From assembly GCA_964510585.1 (NCBI GenBank), contig CAZECW010000098.1:4094-36093 (forward strand): 32,000 nt of DNA, read 5' to 3'. This stretch comes from an uncultured archaeon (GTDB lineage: Archaea; Asgardarchaeota; Jordiarchaeia; Jordiarchaeales; Jordiarchaeaceae). The position numbers were made by a program, and so were the translations under genes. Of the stretch, positions 1 through 9,302 are shown one piece after another. How positions within the stretch are numbered: the stretch's first letter is position 1; each line of letters starts with the position of its first letter. Below the pieces are notes generated by a model, which was not told where the DNA came from, made no database searches, and saw only the letters and a program-made list of their open reading frames with translations.

Positions 1-15
1 TTTTAGAGTTGGTAG

Positions 16-648
16 GTGGGCAATAGTTTGATAGTTGAATCCGTAAGGGTCAGATTGGAGGATGAACTCACACTGGTTAATCGCCTGATTTCTGACCTTA
101 AGCGAGATTTGAGAGAGGGGCAAGATGAGAATCTGGGTTCTATGCTTGTTCGGTTAGAAAAAGCGCGGGAGCATCTGGTAAGAGCACTAATATATGCCAA
201 CGAGGATTTTCAGATACTCCCGAAATACCGAGATAACCCAGACTACATTTTCATTCTAAACCTTTTGTTAAAGTATCTGGAGCCCGACGAATTCCTCCGA
301 GATTTCAGCTTTGGGGATTTTAAAGCAGATTTGCTGATTAGGGAAAAAAACACTTGGGGTTTCCTGTGGATAGTCTATGAGCCGGAAGAGTGCTTTGGTT
401 ATGTTAAAGGGTTACATAAATTTCTGGAAAAGGTAAAAGAGTACAGCAAACCAGACCCAATTATTTACAAAGTCAAAGTTCAAGACAGGGAAGGACTGCC
501 TTTTAAAGCAATACTATGTTTCACAAAGGACATTCCCATAAATCTCCTAGAAGAGATACAAAAGCTATCCGAAAAGAAAATCGTAGTAAAAGCCTACCTC
601 ATAGACTTGGAAAAATTCCCACACATGATCATCGAACCCCTCCTCTAA
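16..648 (+). CDS. Hypothetical protein: N-terminal helical hairpin plus possible degenerate PD-(D/E)xK/restriction-endonuclease-like domain
   Basis: 210-aa ORF; in-frame TAG at 13-15, so the start cannot be further upstream. Residues ~1-62 are heptad-like (LVNRLISDLKRDL...LVRLEKAREHLVRAL). The C-terminal alpha/beta part has FKADLLIRE followed by a beta-strand ending in E, but no clear (D/E)xK. Confidence 0.6.
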   Translation: MGNSLIVESVRVRLEDELTLVNRLISDLKRDLREGQDENLGSMLVRLEKAREHLVRALIYANEDFQILPKYRDNPDYIFILNLLLKYLEPDEFLRDFSFGDFKADLLIREKNTWGFLWIVYEPEECFGYVKGLHKFLEKVKEYSKPDPIIYKVKVQDREGLPFKAILCFTKDIPINLLEEIQKLSEKKIVVKAYLIDLEKFPHMIIEPLL

Positions 649-978
649 AAGCCCCAACAAAGACAAAAAACATTCCATATAGAAACAAGATAAACAGCGC
701 CTTATCCTCTTGTGGGCACTCTTGTGTTGACACAGCCTGCGCTAAGGGGGCAAACCAAAATTAAAATCAAATATCGAGGTCTAAACATCAAAGTGTCAAA
801 ACGAGGAAAACCAAAAAGGAAACTAAAAGGTAAGAGTAAAAATTGGTGACACCACCATCTTTTAAAGACAAATTGGATTAGCCTTTTCCCAGGCAGCTCA
901 GAATAAGATTAAATATCAATATTACTTAGCTTTCTTGTTCACTAAGAATAAATTATCATTAAACACGGGGACAGTGTC

Positions 979-1839
979 TTGGAAAAAAACTACAACATAG
1001 TGCTGGTCGGAGTCGGTGGCCAAGGCATTGTTTTAGCCTCAGACATATTGGCCATGGCGGCTTTGGAGGAAAATTCGAAGAACAAGGTTAGAACTTCGCA
1101 ACTTAAGGGAATGAGCCAACGCTCCGCCTCAGTTATAGTCCATCTCAGGTTTGGTCCAAGCGTGGAAAGCCCGCTAGTAACCAAAGGTTCGGTTGATGCT
1201 CTCCTCTCACTTGAGCTATCAGAAGGCTTACGCTACATGGATTACCTGAACGAAAACTCCATAGCAATTATAAATAATGAAATTAATATTCCCCCAGTCA
1301 TCTTCCGAGAACAAAAGGTAGAAATCGACCCTTCACTGTGTTATGGTTGTGGAAACTGCCTTGCAGACTGTAAAGTTAACTATTATTTTAAGGGAAACCA
1401 CGATTTCTTGGCACTCAATTCTCCGGCTACAAGTGTTATTAATGGGAAGTGTGTGATACAGGACTCCTGCACGGGATGCGCACAATGTTTCCATGCCTGT
1501 CCCCGGTCAGCTAAGAGATTACTGGAAAATGCTGTCTACCCCGAAATGAGTCAAGTTGCCAGCGCAATAAAAAAATTTACGGACAATGTGTTTATAATTC
1601 CAGCGACAGATTGGGCGAGAGAGTTAGGTAATGCCAGAGCAGCCAACATCCTACTTTTAGGAGTACTACTGGGAACCGGTAGGTTGCCCTTGAGTATAAA
1701 AACAGTTGAATCATGCATATTAAAACTAATCCCCCAAAAGTTACTAGATACAAACCTTAAGGCTTTAAGAAAAGGGGTGGAAAAGGGTCAAGAAATCTCA
1801 AGAACAGTCTTCGAAAAACCATTTTTGGAAACAGACTAA
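979..1839 (+). CDS. iorB: Indolepyruvate (2-oxoacid):ferredoxin oxidoreductase beta subunit with inserted 2x[4Fe-4S] ferredoxin domain
   Basis: N-terminal IVLVGVGGQGIVLAS, GMSQR..SV..HLRFG, C-terminal ARELGNARAANILLLG and NLKALRKG. Internal CYGCGNCLADC and CTGCAQCFHACP. Lies next to iorA. Confidence 0.88.
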   Translation: MEKNYNIVLVGVGGQGIVLASDILAMAALEENSKNKVRTSQLKGMSQRSASVIVHLRFGPSVESPLVTKGSVDALLSLELSEGLRYMDYLNENSIAIINNEINIPPVIFREQKVEIDPSLCYGCGNCLADCKVNYYFKGNHDFLALNSPATSVINGKCVIQDSCTGCAQCFHACPRSAKRLLENAVYPEMSQVASAIKKFTDNVFIIPATDWARELGNARAANILLLGVLLGTGRLPLSIKTVESCILKLIPQKLLDTNLKALRKGVEKGQEISRTVFEKPFLETD

Positions 1840-2106
1840 TCCTCACAACATATTGATAAGAAACACTTAGTTGGCCTAATAGATTTGGCAGTTTTGGCTT
1901 CTATGTTAGGCACCACTTTCATGTAGCAACATTTAAACAACTCCCTTTTTAGATCAACTCGAATATTCGACCGTCGAAGACTAACTTTGTATGCCTTATT
2001 TCAAGCATGCGTGCTTGGTTTTCGCTTATATTTAAAAGGGAATTCCAGAAAAATGTTATATTTCTTGGAGATTCTCGTTTGGGTAAAGATTTGTTGGGAT
2101 GATGAA

Positions 2107-3996
2107 ATGAGTAGACCCATATTTGCTCAGGATGCTGTTGGTACACGGGCTATTTTGTTGGGAAACGAAGCCATTGCACGTGGAGCTCTGGAGGCAGGAG
2201 TAAGAGTGGCAGCGGGATACCCAGGAACCCCTGCAACAGAAATAATTGAGACACTTGCCGAGATATCCCGATTTTACCCCGAAATTTATGTGGAGTGGTC
2301 TATAAACGAGAAGGTTGGTTTTGAAACTGCCTTCGCTGCTTCCATGTGTGGAGTAAGATCAATGGCCTGTATGAAGCATGTTGGTCTCAATGTCGCCTTG
2401 GACAGTTTTGTAACCGCGTGTTATGCGGGAGCTAAAGGCGGCTTTGTACTAGTTAGTGCTGATGACCCCGACTGCCACTCAAGCCAGAATGAGCAGGATA
2501 ATCGTCAACTGGCTAAATTGGCTTTTTGCCCTGTGCTCGAACCTGCGAGTGCAAATGAGGCAAAAGAAATGACCAAATATGCATTCGACTTTTCGGAACA
2601 GTACAGAACTCTAGTTATGCTACGCACCACCACGAGATTAAGCCACTCCCAACAGGACGTGACACTGGGAGAAATACCGCCAATAAAGAAGAGGGGGAAA
2701 TTTGACCATGATAAAAGCCGGTGGACATTTCTACCTGTAAATGCGAGAAAACGGAGGAGACTGATGCTTGAACGGATGGAGAAAATAAAAGAAGCGGTTG
2801 AAACTAACCCCTTCAACAAAACGGCGATAAATGAAAAGTCTGTAGTTGGTATAATAGCCTCTGGACTTGCTCACACTTATGTAGTTGAATGTTTGGAGAA
2901 AAACAACCTGGCGGATAAGGTTTCATACTTGAAGCTGGCCACAACATTCCCCCCACCCAAAAAGCTCCTCAGTGAATTCATCTCAAACCTAAACCGAGTA
3001 CTGATAGTGGAGGAACTTGAACCATTCGTTGAAGAATATGTTAACATTTATGCTAAAGAGGCCAACCCATCTCTGCAAATAATTGGCAAGGGACTCATCC
3101 CTCAATATGGGGAACTGACGCCAGAAACAGTCACTGAAGCAATAAACACTTTTCTGGAGAAAAAGAAGCCTAAACCAAAATCTGAACAAAAAGCCAAGAG
3201 CCAACAAGATATTAAAGCTCCACCCCGCCCCCCAGTACTCTGTCCGGGATGCCCACACCGAGCCTTCTTCTACGCACTAAAGTTGGCGGAGGAAAAAAAG
3301 AAAACGAAATTCATATACAGCTCAGACATAGGCTGCTACACCCTAGGGTTTTACCCACCCTTGGAAACCATAGAGACCTGCCTGTGCATGGGTGCAAGCA
3401 TAGGTATGGCAAACGGGTTTTCCAAGGTCGGCGAGGACAACCCCATCTTCGCCATTTTGGGCGATTCAACATTTTTCCACGCCGGTATTCCTGGACTAGC
3501 CAATCTAGTCTATAACAATAGCAAAGTCATCGTCGTCATTCTCGATAATGGCACAACAGCGATGACTGGACATCAACCCCATCCAGGAACTGGCATCCGA
3601 ATAGACGGATCACCCTCCACAAAGATTCACATAGAAAAAATCGCGGAAGGATGTGGGGTGAAGTACATCAGAGTAATAGATCCCTACGATGTGCAAAACA
3701 CGGTAAACATGATTTTGGAAGCCATTTCATTTAACGATGGCCCCGCCCTCATCATCTCTCGCAGAGAATGCGGCTTACTGAGTCAGCGCAGGAAGAAAGA
3801 AATCAAAGAAAAAGTGGTGGTCTACAGGATTGATAATAATAAGTGCACCAAGTGTCGACTGTGCGTTTCCACTCTAGGGTGCCCAGCTTTCCTCATAGAA
3901 GGCGACGAAATCCAGATTCTACCAGACCTTTGTACCGGATGCAAAGTTTGCGAAAAAATTTGCCCAGAGGGTGCCATAGTTGAAAAAGCAGAATAA
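2107..3996 (+). CDS. iorA: Indolepyruvate (2-oxoacid):ferredoxin oxidoreductase alpha subunit
   Basis: LLGNEAIARGALEAG, AGYPGTPATEI, EWSINEKV, MKHVGLNVA, DDPDCHSSQNEQD, LCPGCPHR, DIGCYTLG, TPP motif GDSTFFH...LDNGTTAMTGHQ, and C-terminal ferredoxin CTKCRLC...CP / CTGCKVC...CP. ATG 2107 is preferred over the track start at 1987. Confidence 0.95.
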   Translation: MSRPIFAQDAVGTRAILLGNEAIARGALEAGVRVAAGYPGTPATEIIETLAEISRFYPEIYVEWSINEKVGFETAFAASMCGVRSMACMKHVGLNVALDSFVTACYAGAKGGFVLVSADDPDCHSSQNEQDNRQLAKLAFCPVLEPASANEAKEMTKYAFDFSEQYRTLVMLRTTTRLSHSQQDVTLGEIPPIKKRGKFDHDKSRWTFLPVNARKRRRLMLERMEKIKEAVETNPFNKTAINEKSVVGIIASGLAHTYVVECLEKNNLADKVSYLKLATTFPPPKKLLSEFISNLNRVLIVEELEPFVEEYVNIYAKEANPSLQIIGKGLIPQYGELTPETVTEAINTFLEKKKPKPKSEQKAKSQQDIKAPPRPPVLCPGCPHRAFFYALKLAEEKKKTKFIYSSDIGCYTLGFYPPLETIETCLCMGASIGMANGFSKVGEDNPIFAILGDSTFFHAGIPGLANLVYNNSKVIVVILDNGTTAMTGHQPHPGTGIRIDGSPSTKIHIEKIAEGCGVKYIRVIDPYDVQNTVNMILEAISFNDGPALIISRRECGLLSQRRKKEIKEKVVVYRIDNNKCTKCRLCVSTLGCPAFLIEGDEIQILPDLCTGCKVCEKICPEGAIVEKAE

Positions 3997-4112
3997 TATC
4001 TAATCTCTATAAAAAGGATAAAACCCCTATAAGGAAGTTAGTAAAATACAGGAATTGGTTCACACCCCGACAAATTGTGGGGGATGGAAGTCTAAAAAAG
4101 GGAGATGCAATA

Positions 4113-4541
4113 TTATTTTTGGTTTTGTTTTTTAACATTTTTTTCGAAGTAGTTGTAGATGAAGTCGACAATCTCTTTTGTTGGAGTTCCTGGACCGTAT
4201 ATTTCGGCCACACCCAATTTCTTTAGCGCCTCTATGTCCTCCTTTAGAACTATGGTTCCTCCTGCCAGAACGAGTCGGTCTGATATTCCTCTTTCCTTCA
4301 TCACTTCTAAGACGCGGGGTATGAGAGTCATATGTGCACCGCTCAGTATGGAGAGGCCAATAACATCTGCGTCCTCCTGTATAGCTGCCTCAACTATTTG
4401 TTCCGGGGTTTGGTGAAGACCAGTATATATTACTTCCATTCCCGCATCTCTCAAGGCCATGGAAACTACCTTTGCCCCCCTATCATGACCGTCCAAACCG
4501 GGTTTAGCCATGAGAAAACGGATTTTCGGCTTTTCAGACAT
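4113..4541 (-). CDS. Methylmalonyl-CoA mutase-family C-terminal cobalamin-binding subunit
   Basis: [15 protein letters not shown] (DxHxxG), [20 protein letters not shown] and AGG...GPGT motifs. Stand-alone 142 aa; the large subunit is not in the window. Confidence 0.93.
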   Translation of the reverse strand: MSEKPKIRFLMAKPGLDGHDRGAKVVSMALRDAGMEVIYTGLHQTPEQIVEAAIQEDADVIGLSILSGAHMTLIPRVLEVMKERGISDRLVLAGGTIVLKEDIEALKKLGVAEIYGPGTPTKEIVDFIYNYFEKNVKKQNQK

Positions 4542-5021
4542 CTAAACCACCACTAGGATTTAATGTTTCCCATCTCTTTTAAATTATCGTTTCCCTAAAA
4601 GAGGAACAAAACTCTTCCGTTCTTCAGCAATTTTAATAGCTATATAAGCTTAACTACAAGATGGGTGGTTGAAGCAGAACTTTTTACAATTACCATTTTG
4701 GTAAGAGGCGCATTTAAGGCCTTTAATTTTTCAATCAACCCATAGTTCAATACACTTAAATCCTAACAAACCATTTCCCTACTCTTGGCATAAAAAGTCT
4801 CTTCAAAAAGGCTATCTTTTTCAAACACCATCGCTGGGCTGATCTATATCACCAGTTTGATACACCTAATATTGAAATCCGGAAAATGAGCTTCCAGAAA
4901 GTTGATTTTTCATTTTCTTAAAAAAAGGGAAATGCTTAGGTTTAATATCATCCTATCTGATTTGGTGTGATACGTGAGCCATAAAAGGGAGTTTTAAATG
5001 CGTGAGATAAAATATGGGGGG

Positions 5022-5486
5022 TTATTCCTCCGCGATTTCTCGGAATATGACTCTTCCTAGTGTTCGCCAGACATCTTTTACCTTACTTTGCAGGGTTCTG
5101 GTAGCTTCTTCCACTGTTTTATCTAATTCTTTGTCTCCGAGTTTTTCCAGTCTTTTTTTATCATATTCTTCTGCGAGGCTCATTATTAGTTGGTCTGGTT
5201 CTCTTTTACACTTCAGTTTTCTCTGTTTGATTATGTTTTCCAGCCGATCTAGGATTTTTCTCGAATCTTTCTCATAGATGCGGTAGCCTTCAGCTAGAAC
5301 ATGGGCTTGTGATAGTGACAACTCTTCGATGTTGGCTTTGATTTCATCTACGTATTCCTGCCATCTTTCCTTTAAGCTCTCAACTGTGACGACTTCCTCC
5401 CATTTGAAAAGTAGTTTTGAATTCTTTTCGGATACGGTTACGTGAGCGTCTTTTATTTTATTTTTTATCTTCTCAACTAAGCTCAT
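5022..5486 (-). CDS. Hypothetical alpha-helical protein
   Basis: 154-aa ATG ORF, E/K-rich amphipathic helices, coding-like purine bias; no recognisable motif. Confidence 0.7.
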   Translation of the reverse strand: MSLVEKIKNKIKDAHVTVSEKNSKLLFKWEEVVTVESLKERWQEYVDEIKANIEELSLSQAHVLAEGYRIYEKDSRKILDRLENIIKQRKLKCKREPDQLIMSLAEEYDKKRLEKLGDKELDKTVEEATRTLQSKVKDVWRTLGRVIFREIAEE

Positions 5487-5722
5487 AATTCCTCATTCCT
5501 TTCCAAACGTACTTGTATTAATTGAGGTCTAACTAGTTTTACTATTTATTTATTCTATAAAGGTTTCGTCTTAATTATGTCATACAAGATACAGAAATCG
5601 GAAAAAATTAGCCGAAATAAACAAAAAAACAGAAAATTATCTGAAAAAAAATAAGTTGTTTAAGTCTATTGGTTTCCCAAGTTCATAAGGAAAAAGAGAA
5701 AAAAATCCCAAAACAGGAAAAA

Positions 5723-6154
5723 TCAGATATTCTTCTTTAATTCATAGTCCAGAGTTTTGTTCACAAGCCTATCCGCAATCGAATGTTTACCAGTATTTCT
5801 TGGAACATATGAGTACTTAACACTTTCAAATTTCTTCTCTAAATTTTTAACTTCCAAAAATAACTTTTGCAAGTCACTGTCTCGCACCTCGTACTCACCA
5901 TTTAACTGCTTAACAACAAGCTCGCTATCAAGAAAACAATGTATTCTACCCCTAGAATAGGCGAGAGCGTGCTCCAAAGCTTCAATTAACGCTAAATATT
6001 CAGATTGATTATTTGTGTGGATTCCTATGTACTTTCCATAACTCTTTAAAACCTTATCCTTACCATCGCATAAAACAAAACCAATGGCGGAAGGACCAGG
6101 GTTTCCCCTAGAGCCTCCATCGGAATAGATTAAAAGATCATAACCAGCTGACAA
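5723..6154 (-). CDS. rnhA: Ribonuclease HI family protein (archaeal type)
   Basis: YSDGGSRGNPG, TNNQSEYLA, FLDSELVV..LNG.Y.V and ADRLVN give the D-E-D-D catalytic set. Start is uncertain (TTG 6154 chosen; the track start is 6211). Confidence 0.9.
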   Translation of the reverse strand: MSAGYDLLIYSDGGSRGNPGPSAIGFVLCDGKDKVLKSYGKYIGIHTNNQSEYLALIEALEHALAYSRGRIHCFLDSELVVKQLNGEYEVRDSDLQKLFLEVKNLEKKFESVKYSYVPRNTGKHSIADRLVNKTLDYELKKNI

Positions 6155-7023
6155 GGGAACCACTTGAATTATGAGGCTATTGTAGCATTTAATCCTTATT
6201 ATGGATCTCATTCATGTAGTATAATTTCGACGAGTCTAATTGAAAAAAGGTAAGTCCGAACTGCCTCTTAAAGTTACGTAAAACCGGAAATTACAGGGGA
6301 AAAGGGTCTTCCTGCTGCCCCAAGGCAGCGTTAAAGGGTTTATCCCTAAACCACATTCTGATGGTCCCCCACCATTGGTAGGTCACAAAAATCACCTTCT
6401 AGGAAGCATAAAGCTTACCCAAGATAATATCATACAGCACCAGACGCCTCGAAAAGTTGAATGGGATCTTAAACCTCTTACCATGAAGCCTCCCTTTCTT
6501 GAGGCCTTCTACTCACTAGTCTGGTGAATGCGCCGTGGCTAGTGGTGGGCATTTGCCTTTGGGTTGGCATAGGGTTGCTTCGATGTATGCCAGGATCTTC
6601 TGGACGATGATTAGCAACCGGATGTAACCTGGATCATCGCATCTTGGAGAATTTATAACATAACCCCCTTCTATGTATGTTTGCTCTAATGAATTTATAG
6701 CGGCGGAGAAGTCAACTACATGACTCCTATATCAGATTTCTGTTTTTAACAAGGAAGCTAGTTTAAAGTTGTTTTTAGAGAGCCACCTAGAACAATTCCT
6801 CGACGCTTCGGCCCCCGTATAATTTTGACAAGGTTCAGCAAATGCACAGCGACTTTTGATTATTTTGGAAAAAGGCTTATATTCCCCTCAATGAATGTTC
6901 TTAAAAATTAATCTCGAGTATTCTCGCTAATTATTTTTTGTATGCTTCAAAGGTCAGCAAATGTGCTTCTGAAGTTGTTTACTTGCGTGAATCATTAGAA
7001 CGGCGTGGTAGGAAGGTGGAAAG

Positions 7024-8493
7024 TTGATTCAAAGAAATAAGGAGAAGAAGTTTGTTTCTAATAAGGGAGTTACTGAGAATCATTCGAGAATAGCGTTTAG
7101 AAGTGATTTGACTCCGTTTTTTGAGCCGAAAAGCATCGCAATAATTGGCGCCGTTAAAAGCCTCTGGTTTGGAGGCTTGGTTACTCTCAGTAATTTGAAA
7201 AATTTAGGATACAAGAGAAAAGTCTATCTGGTAAATCCTTCATACCCGGAGGTCGAAGGAATAAAGGTTTATCCCAATATAAAGGAAGTCCCGGACAAGG
7301 TGGATTTGGCTGTAATAATCACTTCTGCCAGGGCTGTACCGGTAATAGTCAGAGACTGTGTGGAGAAAGGTGTGAAAGGAGCGGTTATTGTAGCTGATGG
7401 TTTTGCTGAGAGAGACGAAGAGGGAGCGAAGCTTCAGCAAGAAATAGTGAACATTTCCAAGCAGACTGGGATAAGAATATTGGGACCCAACACTATTGGG
7501 GTTGTCAACCCCTATTCAGGCGTTATTACAACGCCTTACCCTCTGGGATACAAAAGTATTAGGAAAGGACACGTAGCACTGGCAGCTCAGACAGGAATTA
7601 TAGGCGCACAAGCATTTCCCTTCGAAGAACTACAGTATGGCGTCAGCAAAATATGCGATTTTAGTAACAAGTGTGACGTTAACGAGACGGATCTATTGGA
7701 ATATCTGGAAGATGATCCAAAGACCAAAGTAATTGCATTGCACATCGAAGATATTAGAGATGGAAAGCGGTTTTTAAAAGTGGCAAAAAGAGTAGTTAAA
7801 AAGAAGCCAATACTAGTATATAAGCCGGGAAGAACCAGCGAGAGCAAAAAGGCTTTAGCATCCCACACAGGATCCATTGCTGGGGATCAGAAGATATATG
7901 AGGCAGCTTTCAGGCAGGCTGGACTAATTCAGGTAAACTCTTTTTCTGAATTATTACAGATAGCTAAAGCCTTTGGATACCAGCCGCTTCCCAAAGGAAA
8001 TAGGCTGGGTATAGTCACCATCACGGGAGGCGCTGGCATTATGGCAATAGACACAGCGGTAGAGTGGGGATTAGTTTTAGCTAAATTGTCAGATGAGAGT
8101 AATGAAAAGTTGTTTAGAATTCACGCCACCATGGTTGGTAACCCCTCAGACATAGGGCCGGCAATGCCCACTCTACAGGATCCCATTACGCCTTATAAAA
8201 AAGCGATTGAGGTTTTCTATCAAGACCCCAACGTTGACTGTTTGCTAATTACATTTTATGCCTTTCCCGGAGTCACTCCAGAACTCTACGTAGATATGCT
8301 CAAGGAAGTTCGAGGCTCTGTGGAAAAGCCAGCAGCAATCTGGATTTACGGACCTAGTAATGAGAGCATCAACAAGATTTACAAAGCTCTTGAAGCTGCG
8401 GATTACCCTGCCTATCTGGATATAGATATGGCTGTCAAAGCATTAGGAGCAATGTACCAATATACCCAGATCAAATCCAAGTGGGGTACCTAA
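7024..8493 (+). CDS. acdA: Acyl-CoA synthetase (NDP-forming), alpha subunit
   Basis: FFEPKSIAIIG, CoA-binding VNP..DLAVI, GFAE, RILGPNTIG, ASHTGSIAG (phospho-His) and GGAGIMAID. No ATP-grasp beta domain. The start could be as late as TTG 7108. Confidence 0.9.
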   Translation: MIQRNKEKKFVSNKGVTENHSRIAFRSDLTPFFEPKSIAIIGAVKSLWFGGLVTLSNLKNLGYKRKVYLVNPSYPEVEGIKVYPNIKEVPDKVDLAVIITSARAVPVIVRDCVEKGVKGAVIVADGFAERDEEGAKLQQEIVNISKQTGIRILGPNTIGVVNPYSGVITTPYPLGYKSIRKGHVALAAQTGIIGAQAFPFEELQYGVSKICDFSNKCDVNETDLLEYLEDDPKTKVIALHIEDIRDGKRFLKVAKRVVKKKPILVYKPGRTSESKKALASHTGSIAGDQKIYEAAFRQAGLIQVNSFSELLQIAKAFGYQPLPKGNRLGIVTITGGAGIMAIDTAVEWGLVLAKLSDESNEKLFRIHATMVGNPSDIGPAMPTLQDPITPYKKAIEVFYQDPNVDCLLITFYAFPGVTPELYVDMLKEVRGSVEKPAAIWIYGPSNESINKIYKALEAADYPAYLDIDMAVKALGAMYQYTQIKSKWGT

Positions 8494-8695
8494 TAAAATC
8501 ATTAAAAAATGGTTCGTCTCTTTGCGATGTGGAATAGGTGTATTTAAAAATGCGAGTTACATAAAAATTCATACTGATTAGAACATTAAACCGTCGGCAA
8601 CGGTTTAGTCGGTGTTTATTTAGACTTAAAATTTATAAATGGTGACAGGGGTAAAAGGGATAGGGAAGGTCATAATGTGATTCGGTGGAGACCTA

Positions 8696-8965
8696 ATGTC
8701 TAAAGAATTTAAAGATGTTTGGGATTATTACTACACCACAAGTATGGGTAGAGAGGGAGAACAAATCATCGTAATCCATGCCACCGCACAAGCGAAAAAG
8801 CTGGCTAAGCTAGGGTTAAACGATTCAGCCAAAATTAAGAAACTCTGGCTCGACGTTATAAAACAAGTTCCCTTTTTCAGCGATAATGCGGTCAGCACAG
8901 ATTTTGAAATAAAAATTGAGGGGGATAGTGTCGAAGCAACCATTACAATAACCCAAAAAACATAA
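8696..8965 (+). CDS. Small hypothetical protein
   Basis: 89-aa ATG ORF preceded by GGTGGAG; normal composition; unknown family. Confidence 0.65.
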   Translation: MSKEFKDVWDYYYTTSMGREGEQIIVIHATAQAKKLAKLGLNDSAKIKKLWLDVIKQVPFFSDNAVSTDFEIKIEGDSVEATITITQKT

Positions 8966-9302
8966 AGAAACTTCGGCGACTCATCCTCGACACTAAGTGG
9001 TGAAGCTTAAATTGGCGGATTTTTTTGCTTTTTCCGAAGGACATTGTAATGTGAGTGCATTTTTGAATAGGTTTACATGTATTCGTCTGTGAAATGAGTG
9101 CAGAGGGCTCCCCTGAAGCCCTATTTCCAGCTAAGTTCTAAAGTAGGGGTGTTAGGACGCCTTTGCATAAAAAAATAGGAAACATCTTATCATGTTCTTT
9201 TCCCAATTGTAAAAACTTAAATAAAACTCATTTACCTAAATTATATTAAGCGGTATACAATTCCGATTCTTAGATTATCTGTAATGGTGGTGCAATGACA
9301 CC

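Noticed and set aside
690-751. Minus-strand GCCCCCTTAGCGCAG resembling a tRNA 5' end
   Set aside because: No TTCGA T-loop, no complementary acceptor 3' strand and no cloverleaf.
4066-4083. CCCC-GA-CAA-A-TTG-T-GGGG hairpin between convergent iorA and the mutase gene
   Set aside because: Short and bulged; indistinguishable from chance or an ordinary 3' end.
6399-6518. Pyrrolysine/selenocysteine readthrough of the in-frame stops
   Set aside because: Tandem TAG-TGA followed by another TAG is implausible for recoding, and no SECIS/PYLIS or pyl/sel genes are visible.
9065-9115. Possible C/D-box sRNA (ATGAG...CTGA)
   Set aside because: No canonical RUGAUGA box C or terminal stem.
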